A stretch of 64,000 nt of DNA from the NCBI GenBank assembly GCA_965240325.2, contig OZ251227.1:2604001-2668000 (forward strand). The letters run 5' to 3'. Source of the stretch: Rebecca billardiae RCC1528. Its lineage: Eukaryota > Protista > Haptophyta. Below, piece after piece: positions 36,232-46,959 of the stretch. How positions within the stretch are numbered: position 1 is the first letter of the stretch; every line of letters begins with the position of its first letter. Made by a program: the position numbers and the translations under genes. Below the pieces are notes generated by a model. The model saw only the letters and a program-made list of their open reading frames with translations. It did not search any database and was not told the DNA's origin.

Positions 36232-36406
36232 CGTGATTCTCGTGTTACAAACTTACAATACTCACTGCTGAGTACTTGTAACACGAAAGGCGAGCCGCCG
36301 AGCGCGCGCGGCAGCAGGGTGGACGGTGGCGCAGCTGCGCAGGCCCAGCCGCCCCGCGCGCACGCACCGACGAGTTAACGTCGACTGACGACCGGCTGCT
36401 GAGCGA

Positions 36407-37566
36407 ATGGCGTCGTCGGCGTTCGCGGCGCTTCTCTGCCTCGCCGCCGTGCTCACCGCGGCGGCAGGCCCTCCCGAGGGTAAGGGCGGAGGCCCGCCTG
36501 ACGGTAAGGGCGGGAAGCCGTCAGACAAAGGCGGAGGCAAGCCGTCGGGCAAAGGCAACCAGAAGGAGCTGCGGGACGACTCGACGGGCATCTCCGTGCG
36601 CGTCCTCGGGCAGTCGGGGAAGATTGTCCTCGGCGCCGATTCCGAAGACGACGCGGACAAGGTGACCATCGCCATGTCGAGCATCGTCGAGCGCAACGCT
36701 GCGGGCGAGAGGATCGGCCAGTCTGGTCCGAACGACGGGAAGCACTCGCGCAGCACCTTCGCCAACACCGACTTCGCCTTCAGCGCGCCGTACGACATCG
36801 ACGTCTCCGGCGTGCCCGCCACGGCGATCGACTTTGACGTGGCGCTGGTGAACGGCATCGCCGACCTCTCGATTTCGGCCCTGCTCTTCACGGCGAACGG
36901 CACGATCACGCCCACGCCCTTCGAGGAGCACGACGTCGGCCCGGGCTCGCTCAAGTTCAACGTGCAGGTGAGCGCGCCTGCCGCGCGCCCGTGCGCACGC
37001 CGGCCGCGCGCGCGTCCGCGCGGCTGCATGCGAGGTCACTCACTGCATCACCGCTCCCGTGTCGCGCGCGCGCGGCCGTGCTGCGACGGCAGCTCGCCAA
37101 CTGGCCGTTTTGCGACGGTGAGGATGGCAACCCCTGCCAAGGCGCGACCGGCGCCTTTGTCGACATCGGCATCGAGGTCACGTCGCGCGCGCACGCAGCG
37201 CTCGCGGCGTCCGAGGCGGCCAATCACACGTACTCGCTCGGCGACGGCGCCGAGCTGGTGCTCTCGGATGCGGTGCAGCTCGATGGCGAGTGGACGGTGC
37301 TGCCGGAGGGCTACCCCGCGCTCAGCGCGGAGGGCGACAAGTACGAGCTCACGCTGCGCATCCCGAGGTTCAGCGAAAAGGCGCTGTACGACCCGATCGT
37401 GCGCGAGGAGGCCGCGCCGTCGGCGTCAGGCGGGCTGAGCAGGCTCGCGTGGTGGGGCATCGGCGCCGGCATCGTGGTCGCCCTGATCTGCGCCTGCGCC
37501 GTTGCAGTCGATTGCGTGTACGACTTCCGGGGCAAGAGGTCGACGGGACAGCAGCAAATGGCCTAG
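36407..37566 (+). CDS. Type I membrane protein with a domain resembling coral skeletal acid-rich proteins (SAARP/CARP4-5 type); 2 exons 36407-36967, 37093-37566 (~344 aa)
   Basis: Signal peptide MASSAFAALLCLAAVLTAAA. A phase-0 intron CAG|GTGAGC...GGCAG|CTC (36968-37092) joins SLKFNVQ to LANWPFC. Ordered motifs GQSGKI...KHS..TFAN.DF.FS...LKFNVQLANWPFC...C...G.FVD...LPEGYP...RIPRFS..ALYDP. C-terminal hydrophobic helix LAWWGIGAGIVVALICACAVAV. Family assigned from recalled motifs, not a search. Confidence 0.72.
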
Positions 37567-38205
37567 CAGATGGATACTGCCGATCCGAGCTGCGAGGGCT
37601 GAGCAAGCTCGACCGGGCCGACGCCCGAGTTGACGAATGACGTTGCCCGACTGGGCGACTGGCGACTCCGCCATACTACTTAAGTGTCATTTACTATACT
37701 GCTACTGTAGTACAGTTCTGTCACGTACATCGAGCTGGTGGTGCCGCCCTAAGTGAGTAATGCGTGACGATATTATTGCTGGTAGTATCTGCTGTCACAT
37801 TATCAATGAGTTGACAGTTGTAGTGTCTGCTGGCATCCGGTACTCGTTGTCTCGTAGTCTGCCCTCTGACGGAGCATAGCGTGGTTGACTGCTGTCGGTA
37901 ATCAAGAGTACAGTATGGCAGCCTGTCACAACGTCGTCCGGGTCTCCACTCTTCTATCTTCAGCTGTCAGAGCGCCGCCAGGGCGCATGCAGCGCACCCG
38001 CGATGACCCTGGCCGCACCGCCTGGTCTGCCCGTCGAGCGCGCCTTTCGGTTGGCCCTGTTTTTAGCCCGCCGCGCTCCGGAAAGGAAGTCGCAGTTTTG
38101 ACGCGAGTTTCTCCCCTTTACTGTATTCCTTTGTTTGCAGTTTGCACCGGCCCACCGGCCGTGTTCTGGGCTGCGGTGGGCGGGCGGGCTGCGACGAGCG
38201 GCAGC

Positions 38206-40438
38206 ATGAGCGCGCACCGGCCTCCGCCGGCCGACGCGCCACCTCCGTACGGGGCGGACGCGTTCGACGTGCAGTCGCCCGCGCACGAGCACGACGCTGC
38301 CGCCGAGGTCGAGGTGCCGGGCGCGCTGCCGCCGCCCGAGCGCGCGCCCGGCGCCGCCGCCGTCGGCCACGGCGGCGCGTCCGACGATGGCGCACCGCGA
38401 GCGCTCGAGGCGCAGCCGGCCGACGCGGAGGTTAGCGGCGCGACGCGCGGCGGCGCGGTGCCCGTTCCATCCGCGGGCTCCGACGCGGACGCGCTCGAGG
38501 CGGCGCGGCCGCCGCCCGCGGACGCGGACGCGGGCGAGTACATCACCGAGGCGGCCGCGCCGCTGGAGGGCTCGGCGGCTCGCTCGGCGGTGGGGCTGGG
38601 CGTGATCGAGCTCGAGGCGCCGTCCGAGACGCGCAAGTGGCGCTCGACGTGCGAGCTCCTCGCGCGCGGCTTCCCCGTCTCCGCCGCCTCGCTCGTCGTC
38701 GGCCTCGCGCTGGTTGTTTCCGGGAAAGTTCTCGCCGAGCTGAATAGGCCCGCGCAGTCGCGCACGCTGTGGGAAGCCGGGCTCTGCTGCGGCACGCCGG
38801 GCGCGGAGTGCGCGCGCTGGGTCACGCGGTACGATGGCGCCGGGCTGCTCTGCCCCGCGGGGCGCGCCGCGCCGCGCGCGCAGTCCTGGGAGATCGGCTC
38901 GGAGGCGGCCGGACTCTTGCATGTCCGGAGATACAATCTCGCGCTCTATGTGAGTACCGGCTCGACGGTCGAGCTGAGCTGGTCGCTGGCCGACGCGCGG
39001 AACGTGACGCTCGTCGAGCAGGCGCAGGCGCGTGTCACGCCGCCCGACGGCGCGCGCCGCGCGCTCATCGAGCTGCCCGGCGCGGATGGCGACGGCGGCG
39101 GTGACGCGGCCAGCACAGCCGGCGGCAGCGTAGCGGGCGCCGCCGGCATGTGGCGCGCGCTGCTCAAGGCTGGCGGCTCGGGCGGCGGCGGGCGCACGTC
39201 GCGCACCTCCGGCCGCTCGATCAGCAGCCCGTCCCCCGCCGCCTCCACGCGCACCTACCGCCTCTCCGCCGCGCCCACCCGCTACGGCAGCCGGCAGGTG
39301 GGCGCGCTCGCGGCCGGCGGGGTGCTCGGCAACGCCGTGCGGCGGCGCAGCTCGCGGACGGGTCCGGTGAATGCGCGAGGGGACGACACGGGGGGGCAGG
39401 CGACGAAGGCGAACGAGACGCTCGATCGGTGCGGCGCACGCCTCGTGGCGCGCACGCCATCACGCCGCCGCTCCTCTTACGCGCCGCGCGCTCACGCCCC
39501 GCCACCGCACACGCACACACGCCGCGCCGCGCCGCGCCGCGCGCCTCTCGCCACGCGCAGCGCAGAGGTGGCCCAGCCGACGTTCCTCTCGCCGCCGCAG
39601 ATGAGCGCGCCGCGCTGGCCGCTCAAGCTCACCGTGCACTCGCTCGTCGTCCAGCCGCCCGCCGCGCGGCCGAGCGGCGACGCGCCGTACCTCTTCCTCG
39701 GCTTTGTTACCCAGGTGAGTAACGCCATGCTGTTTTGGTTCGACGTGAGCACGGCGCTGTGGGCAGCGGGCGTCGGGCTGGTCGGCGCGACGGTGCTGCT
39801 CAACGCGGCGCGCTTCGTGCGCGCGCGCCCCGGCCGCGCGCGCACGCACGCCCACGGCCTCTTCGTCCTCGTCTCGCTCGGCACCGGCGCTTTCTTCGCC
39901 GGCTGCGTCGCCACCGCCTCGCCCCTTACCGCGGTGGTGCGCGCGCGCGCGCGGCCGCGGCGTGCCGTGCGCGAGCGCCGAGCGCGCTCCTGCGCGAACT
40001 GGACACGCGCGCGGCGCGTTGTGCGCGACCGGCCGATTGCCGGCATGTCCTGCCGGTCGCTCACGCCCACCCCGCGCGTTTGCGCGGCCGATCACCCATG
40101 CATCTGCCGGCGGCCCGCCTTCCGCGCCGCAGCGCGCGCCCGGCATCGTGTTCCTCGTACTGGGCGTGGGCATGGTGTACGGCGCGTTCTACCTGAAGGA
40201 CCGGTGGGAGGCGAGCGCTCTCCCGGACGGCTCCGTCGAGAAGGCGTGCGACGACCTCGAGGACTACCACGGGTGGGCGGTGATCGGCCTCACGCTCACG
40301 TGCGTATTTGGCGTGCTGCTGGAGGACGGGTGGCTGCCGTACTACATCGCGGTAGGGGTGGGCGTGGGGCTCACGTGCTTCGGCTGGGGCTGCGCGTGGC
40401 TCGAATCGGGTGTGAAGGACGAGCACGTGATGCGCTGA
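38206..40438 (+). CDS. Uncharacterised multi-pass membrane protein; probable exons 38206-39428, 39561-39936, 40133-40438 (~634 aa)
   Basis: ATG 38206 (MSAHRPPPADAPPPY). Hydrophobic helices include GFPVSAASLVVGLALVVSG, TALWAAGVGLVGATVLLNA, GLFVLVSLGTGAFFAGCVA, GIVFLVLGVGMVYGAFYL, GWAVIGLTLTCVFGVLL and YYIAVGVGVGLTCFGWG. Low-complexity CG-rich stretches bounded by GT..CGCAG at 39429-39560 and 39937-40132; removing the second links two ORF-track frames. Confidence 0.65.
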
Positions 40439-40805
40439 GCAGCCCGAGCGCCATCGTCGTGATCTCTATACGTACAGTTTACTAAGAGTAAGAGACGCAC
40501 ACAGCTGGCAGGCAGGACAGTACGTAGTAGTAGCTACTACTATCCTGGCGGAAACCCACTGAGAACAAAGGCACGACTTCGACGCTGGGGACCAGCCCGT
40601 CGCAGGCCTTTTTTTGACGCCCCGGCTAACCGTCGGTCACATAAGCGGAATTCGCGTACCCGCTTACGCGCTCGCTAGGACAAAAGCCGCTCGTCGTTCG
40701 GTCAAAAACCGCTCGTCGTTCGGCGCTTTGCGTACTCACATTCGCGCGAATCGCATCGGCCCGGGCCCATTCGTCGTGTCGCGAGCGAGTTCACACTTCA
40801 CATTC

Positions 40806-42137
40806 GGGTGAAAATCCCATTTTCTGGCCTGTCCGGGCGGAAAATCCGGCTGCTCAGATCTGACCGGACCGGGACCCGGACAGCACAGTATCTAGGGACC
40901 AGACACTTTTACATCTTCGTTCTCTTCGGATTTGAGCATGGGGCGGCGCCCCATTTGCACAGTCAAAAGATCGCGGGTGTAAAAGCAACCGTTGTCGAGT
41001 TCGATGTAGCGGCTGGGCGAATTAGTGAATTAAAAAACAATTCACGAGACACTTGCGCCCACGGCCGCGATGGCGTGCGCCGTCCACCCACGACGGAGTC
41101 GTGGACGGACATCGCTACACAGCCTACGCGACAGGCGTTGTCGTGATCGAGGTGCCCGTGCCCGTTGTCGATAGCCAAGCAATTGGCACGACGACCTGGC
41201 ACCACATCCGCGTCAAGCGCGGCGAGGCCGTGGTCCAGCGCGTGTGCGGCAAGCTGGCCGATGTGCGGACGGCGGCGGGTGGCGCAGGGGCCCCTGCCGA
41301 TGCTATCTGGCGGCTACTGCGGGGCCTGCTGCCGTGGTCGAGCCTGAGGCAGACGGTGAGTCAACCGCGGAGCAGCTCAACGCTTCCGAGATCGAGCTGC
41401 GCGCGGTCGGACCAGATGACGGCCCGCGGCCGTCCAAGCGCACACGCAAGGACGCCCGAGCAGACGCGTTCAGTCCGAGCAAAGCCTGGTCGGCGTACGA
41501 GCGCGAGCCAGCTCAGACACGGCACGAGCACACGCGTGACGGCTCGTACGATGAGCTCGTCGGCTTGGTCACCGGGCTGCCGTCGCTCGTCGCATCGCTT
41601 GTCACGTCACACTCAGCTGAGCAGAGACATCACTCCCGCCGTTCAGCTGATCGACGAGGACGAGGCGGCCAAGGCGGCGGCGGCCCAAACGCCTGGAGGA
41701 GGAGCGCAGAAGGAGGAGGAGCTCACAGCGCTGAGCCTGTGGGGCCGCGCCGAGGCCAGGCACCGCGGCCAGCGGCTGCAGTCGCGGGTGGCTGCCGGAC
41801 AGCACGGCTCGGCGGCACACGCTCACTCATACGTCGATCCTCTTGCTCGAGAGTCGAGGCGGCGGGCAAGGTGCAGGCCACACGCGAGCTTGCTAAGCGT
41901 GCGTAGGCCGAGCCGCAGCTGAGCCCCGAGGGTGCTCGGGACGCCGCGTGCGCAAGCAGGCCGCCTCGCAGCAGATCGGGTGCTTCGCACAATAACTACG
42001 CGGATACACCCGGAAAAATTTCTTCGCACTGCGTGCGCTTTATTCCCTTATTTATTGTTTATTCCTTATTCGCGTATTAAATGACGCTTTTCCGCCTCCC
42101 CAGTGCGGAAGTGCGCCAGAAAATGGGAATTCCACCC
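40806..42137. mobile_element. Non-autonomous DNA transposon (1332 bp), imperfect 23 bp TIRs, 4 bp TSD ATTC (Sola2-like termini)
   Basis: Left GGGTGAAAATCCCATTTTCTGGC (40806-40828) vs reverse complement of 42115-42137 GGGTGGAATTCCCATTTTCTGGC (21/23). ATTC lies at 40802-40805 and 42138-42141. AT-rich subterminal sequence with broken ORF fragments inside. Confidence 0.7.
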
Positions 42138-42460
42138 ATTCACTAGAGAGTGAGTTGCAGCCGCCGCTGCACGCCGGCGGCAGCTTCACGAATCACGACC
42201 ACCTTCAGACGTTGATAGCCGGGTGCGGACAGCGCGCTGCAGACTCGGCACTCGCTGATGCAGACGACGCCGCCGTGCGCACGTGCCAGCCCTGAGGACT
42301 TCTTAAATGAACTGCTCAGATTGATGGTTAGCTGGCAGCCGCAGCGTCATACTAAGACAGCTGGCGGTCGAGTCACATTCGTCAAGGTAGCTGCTGCCGC
42401 CACGGTCCCGAGTGCTGCGGACGCTGGGGCGGGTGGCGGGTGCAGCCTGCGTTGACAACT

Positions 42461-43190
42461 GCGCAGGGCACGCATCAAGCGCGCGCCCCTACTGTCTACT
42501 GAGCCTCGCACCGTGTATGTAGGGCTGGTGGACGGCCGTACTGAACACTTGCAGGCGACGCCCGGTGCGCAGTAATCCAGTCGCGCAACACTGATTCGGC
42601 GCACCGCCGTCGAGAGTTCGGCAGCAGCAGGGCCAGGCAGCCAGGTGCCAACCGCGCAGGGCACGGCACGCATCAAGCGCGCGCGCCGACTGAGCCTCGG
42701 ACCGTAGGGCTGGTGGACGGCCGTAAACACTTGCAGGCGAGGCCCGGTGCGCACATCCAGTCGAGCAACACTGATCGGCGCGCCGCCGTCGAGAGTTGCA
42801 GCAGCAGGGGCAGGCAGCCAGGTGCCAACCGCGCAGGGCATGGCACGCATCAAAACAGTTGCAGGCGAGGCCCGGTGCGCAGATCCAGTCGAGCAACGCG
42901 GACGGCGGCGCGCCACTCCGTCGAGAGATGTAGAGAGTTGCAACCGCCGGGGCAGGTCGTTAGGTGACAACCGCGCAGGACACGCATCAAGCGTGCGCCT
43001 CCTGAGCGCCGGGCAGGAGAGCGGCCGTGATCAGTTGCAAGCGACGCCCGTCGTGCGGATCACTCGATCACTCGTCGAGCCGTCGGGATCACTCGTCGAG
43101 CGTTACAGATCGGTCATCCGGGCACCCGGTCGTGAGGTGCAGGCGAGGTGCAGGTGGAGGACGGCCGTCGACAGTTGCAGGTGACAGGGC
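42461..43190. repeat. Degenerate tandem repeat, ~140-195 bp unit, ~4 copies
   Basis: Anchor gcgcagg(g)ca...cgcatcaa at 42461, 42654, 42831, 42973. Shared blocks ttgcaggcga.gcccggtgcgca, atccagtcg.gcaac and ccgtcgagag. Confidence 0.75.
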
Positions 43191-43580
43191 GTGAACATCT
43201 TGCTCACACATCACCCCGACGGTCCACACCCTCGGTCGCAGCCCCGCGGCGCCCGCGGTGGCATCTCGACCTCCCGTCACGGCGGTCAGCCTGGCCCGAG
43301 CGGGCCCCTCTTGACGAGCGAGTATCATCGCGGTGCTGTTCAAATAATGAGCCGCCTATATTAACTTGAGTCGCGTCGGCTGTAATCGATCGACGGACCC
43401 TGATTGGCCCTCCATGTTTCGTCGAGAAGATTTTTCCCTCGAACGATCAACTACTACGAGTGAAAAACATGTTACAATCATCGCGAAGCCATCACTCGAA
43501 ACGCGTACTCCGATTCTTGTTTGTCGAGACCAATACGTGCGAGGACTGTCCCAACCGCAAGCACCTTGGGTAAAAAATGC

Positions 43581-43706
43581 CGAACCGATGGTTTGACGAG
43601 TAAAACCCGTCGAACCGATGGTGTTTCGGAGTAAAACACGTCGAACCGTTGGTTTGACGAGTAAAAACAGCCGAACCGGTGGTTTGTCATAGGGAAAACA
43701 CCGAAT
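43581..43706. repeat. AT-rich minisatellite, 30-31 bp unit, ~4 copies
   Basis: cgaacc at 43581, 43611, 43642, 43672, and cgaatt at 43702. Unit approximately CGAACCGATGGTTTGACGAGTAAAACCCGT. Confidence 0.85.
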
Positions 43707-44681
43707 TGTGGGCATTTTCGTATTCCGGGCACACCTCTTCCGTACTCGTATTTTACACGATTAAGTAGAGTAGACACGAGCCGTCACTTTCTCGCTAGAC
43801 ATTTCACGAGCGAAAGCCGAAAGGGCGCGCTGATGGTGGCACGCGGGTATCATCTTGCATTGGACTATGAGCATCGGAGCAACCTCGCACATCCTCGCGT
43901 CGACGACGGCCCGTGAAGGACGCGGCAGGCGGAGAGCCCACGCCAAGGGTGGCCCTTGCGATTGACGTCTCGTTCGGTCGCGCGACGAGCGGCTCGCGTG
44001 CGGCGCCAAGCGAGCGACGCGGGGCGCGCGGCGGGCGCACGCGCGAGGCTGTCCACCACGCGCACGCGCGCGAACCCGCCGGCTCGGGCGACACGCGCCG
44101 CCTCAGCTCGAGCACGAGCGCGAGGCGTGGCGCCGGCTCGGTGGCGGCGGAGGGCTCGACCTGCACTGCGCGCGACGAGCGGCTCGCCTGCGGTGCCAGC
44201 GAATGAAGCGGCAAGCCCGGCGGGCGCATACGCGCAGGGCCGCCCTCCACGCGCGAGCGCGCGACTGCGTGTTCCACGAGCTGCAGCAGGCGGCCGCGGG
44301 CTGGTCGGCGGCCGGCGAGGTCGGCGGAGTGCCGCCCGGCCCGCGTTCTCGCTTGGGCGCGGGCCACACTCTCACTCACAGCGCGGGGCGGGGTGCTGCA
44401 GACGGGCCAGTCATTGCAGCTCGCACTCCGTGGTCAGACATGCACACGCGCGCGCGTCGTCAGCCCCGCCGCTGCGCCCCTGTGGCGCCCGTGGCAGCGT
44501 CGGAATTCCGAGCTCGGGCGACCGGCCCGGCGTGCCATCATGCGTTTCAGAAACAGGTTTCCAGCCCAAGTTGACGCGCAGCGCCAACCCATATTCGGAG
44601 TAAAAGTCGCCGAACCGTTTTTATTTCTTTGGTTTTTACGTAGGGTTTTCGGTCACACTAGATAATGTGCCATCGACGCCG

Positions 44682-45908
44682 ATGACGACGACGCTGCTCC
44701 TCTTGGCGGCCGTGGGAGCGACCCCGCCATCGCACGCAGAGGACGGCGGGTCCACCCTTGCCCTGAACACGAGCACCCCTCGCAGGCCCCCGCACTTCCT
44801 CTGGCTCCACTTCCCCAAGGCGGGCACTAGCTTTCAGTACGCTTTGCTCGATGGGCTGTGCTCGCCGGTCGAGCTGTTGCAACTGATGGGCACGCGCCGG
44901 CTGTGCCCAGCAGTCGCGCTGCAGAGCCGGCGCGTGCTCCACGCGTATGGCGTCGAGCCCCACGGCGAGTGCGATCGCGCGGACGAGATGCTCCTCGTAT
45001 GGAACAAAACGGGACACCGGCAATCGGAGGGCTTGTACGACCTGCAGCTCCGAGACAAGCTGTCGCGTGAGTGGAGTCCACGGCATATCGGCCAGCTGTT
45101 GAGGGAGAACTACCTCTGCCCACGCGCGCTAGTCTCGCCCAACCTGCAGGGCAACCACGCGCTGCTCACGTCCGCATCCGACCTGGGCCACCTGGTCGGT
45201 ATCTTCCGCGCGCCCGACCAGAGGCTCGCCTCGAGCTACTTTTATATGGCCCGCGCTGTGGGCGGGAACTGCTGCAAGCGAGACTGGGGGTTCGAGCCGA
45301 CATCGCACGAGCGGCTTGTGCGAGAGATCGCGATTGAGCGCAGCCTGGAGCTGGCCGAGTACTCAAGGTGGTACCGCGCGCGCGGCTGCATGACACGCAC
45401 GCTCAACGGCCTCCGCTGCCACGGCCCCGAGCGGCTGACAGCAACGCATGCGGAGCGCGCGTTGTCGGTCGTGCGCACTGGTTTCGCGTTCGTCGGCATC
45501 TTCGAGAGCTGGGGGCTGTCGGTCTGCCTGTGGTACGCAATGTACCTCGACCCGCACAGCCCGCCGCCCGAGCGCGCTTTCGCCAACAACAGGCCCACCA
45601 AGCGCCCGCGCCGGCGCGACCCGCCTGGTCGTGGCAACAGCAGTCAAGGCGATGCGCCAGCGTTGAAGCTGTACGACACGCGGAACGTCGCCCTGGACCC
45701 GGAGGACGAGGCAGTGTACGCCGCAGCGCTCGACGTGTTCCGGCGGCAGCTCGCCGCATACGGCCAGCTGCGCAGCTTCCGCGCGTGCTGCGCCGCGGAG
45801 CCTGGCCGGTGCGCCGACCGCAGTGCGCTGATGTTGTCGCGGCTGTCTGTGGGCGCCCTGGTGCCGACAGCTGCCACCTTTGACTTCGTCCACGGTACGT
45901 ACAGCTAG
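44682..45908 (+). CDS. Secretory-pathway (Golgi-type) sulfotransferase, ~408 aa
   Basis: Hydrophobic N-terminus MTTTLLLLAAVGA, 5'-PSB motif FLWLHFPKAGTS, 3'-PB motif IFRAPDQRLASSYFY, and FAFVGIFESW. Confidence 0.8.
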   Translation: MTTTLLLLAAVGATPPSHAEDGGSTLALNTSTPRRPPHFLWLHFPKAGTSFQYALLDGLCSPVELLQLMGTRRLCPAVALQSRRVLHAYGVEPHGECDRADEMLLVWNKTGHRQSEGLYDLQLRDKLSREWSPRHIGQLLRENYLCPRALVSPNLQGNHALLTSASDLGHLVGIFRAPDQRLASSYFYMARAVGGNCCKRDWGFEPTSHERLVREIAIERSLELAEYSRWYRARGCMTRTLNGLRCHGPERLTATHAERALSVVRTGFAFVGIFESWGLSVCLWYAMYLDPHSPPPERAFANNRPTKRPRRRDPPGRGNSSQGDAPALKLYDTRNVALDPEDEAVYAAALDVFRRQLAAYGQLRSFRACCAAEPGRCADRSALMLSRLSVGALVPTAATFDFVHGTYS

Positions 45909-46001
45909 CTATAGTGCGCTAGTGTCAGCGTACACTGTAGTCATCCCTGCCGCGCCGAACCGCGTAGTTTTCCGATCTATCCGTGGCTGACGTAAAATAC
46001 T

Positions 46002-46029
46002 TATATATATATATACATATATATATATT
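46002..46029. repeat. (TA)n microsatellite
   Basis: tatatatatatatacatatatatatat. Confidence 0.85.
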
Positions 46030-46959
46030 GATGAATAACCGCGGCAGAGTGGCGCGGCGGTCCGCCTGCCCTACTGCTTGGCCTTGCCCTCTGAGCCGTC
46101 TGACTCTGAGCGGCTAATAAATGTGGCGCCGGTCGGCCGGTCGCCCGCCGCGCCCGCACTCCGCACCGCACCGCCGCAGGCCGGCCCGAGGCGCAGCCGG
46201 CTTGTTGCATTTTGAAGTGAGACCAAACGCGACATCGGAGGGAATTTCGGCGAGCGAATTTTTTTCATGATGGCCGCTGCCGCGCTGCGGCGGCGGCCAC
46301 GGGAGGCGCTCAGGAGGCGCGCGTCGCACCAGACGACGCGCGTCGACGCTTGCCTACGGTTCTAGACAGAGTGTGCGCCACGCTGTATGCTATACAGTCA
46401 CGGCACGCTCGGCAGTCAGGTCGACACTCGTCGACGCCGTCCGCGTGCAGTGCCGACACGAGTTGTGATCGAGCGCGTCGGCGCGCTCAGCCATCTGGTC
46501 GAGAATCATGCTGTGGTCTGCGGCCGAGAGAACGACCGGGATCTTCCTCAACGCCTTCCCCATCGTGCTCGAGTTGTGCGTAGTCTCGCCCGCGGGCGCG
46601 CTCGCAATCACCATCTGCAATCTGCGCTCGCCTTGCGGTGCAGCGCTCCTCGGAGTGCCACCACGAGAGCTCGCGGTACTTCTACTGGGTATTGGAGGAG
46701 TCGAAGGTGCGCCAGCCAAGTAGATGAAGTCGACCACCTCGGTGCCAGCCACGATCAGTCCCCAGACGCCCCCAAAGCAGTGTCGGGGTCTAGAGGTAAG
46801 CGTCGAGGATCAGTAGAAGCTTACGGCGCAGTGTCCGAACGGTGCTCAACAGGACAGTACTGCAAGAGAATGAGATAGTACGTTCGTAGGATTCACTGTC
46901 ATCAGACTAGTTGCCGCCGGCGTCATCCACGGCTGGGATGGCCCCGTTGTGACCGGGCT

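Noticed and set aside
37885-38205. ORF-track N-terminal extension of the membrane protein
   Set aside because: It begins at a non-ATG codon in AT-richer intergenic-type sequence. ATG 38206 marks the switch to coding-like composition, although upstream in-frame ATGs exist.
43581-43706. 30-31 bp repeats resembling a CRISPR array
   Set aside because: Head-to-tail units without unique spacers, no cas genes, eukaryotic context.
44640-44661. Possible Helitron 3' end (CACTAG), also at 42141-42146 and 48252-48257
   Set aside because: No GC-rich hairpin at the usual distance and no following T. Not supportable.
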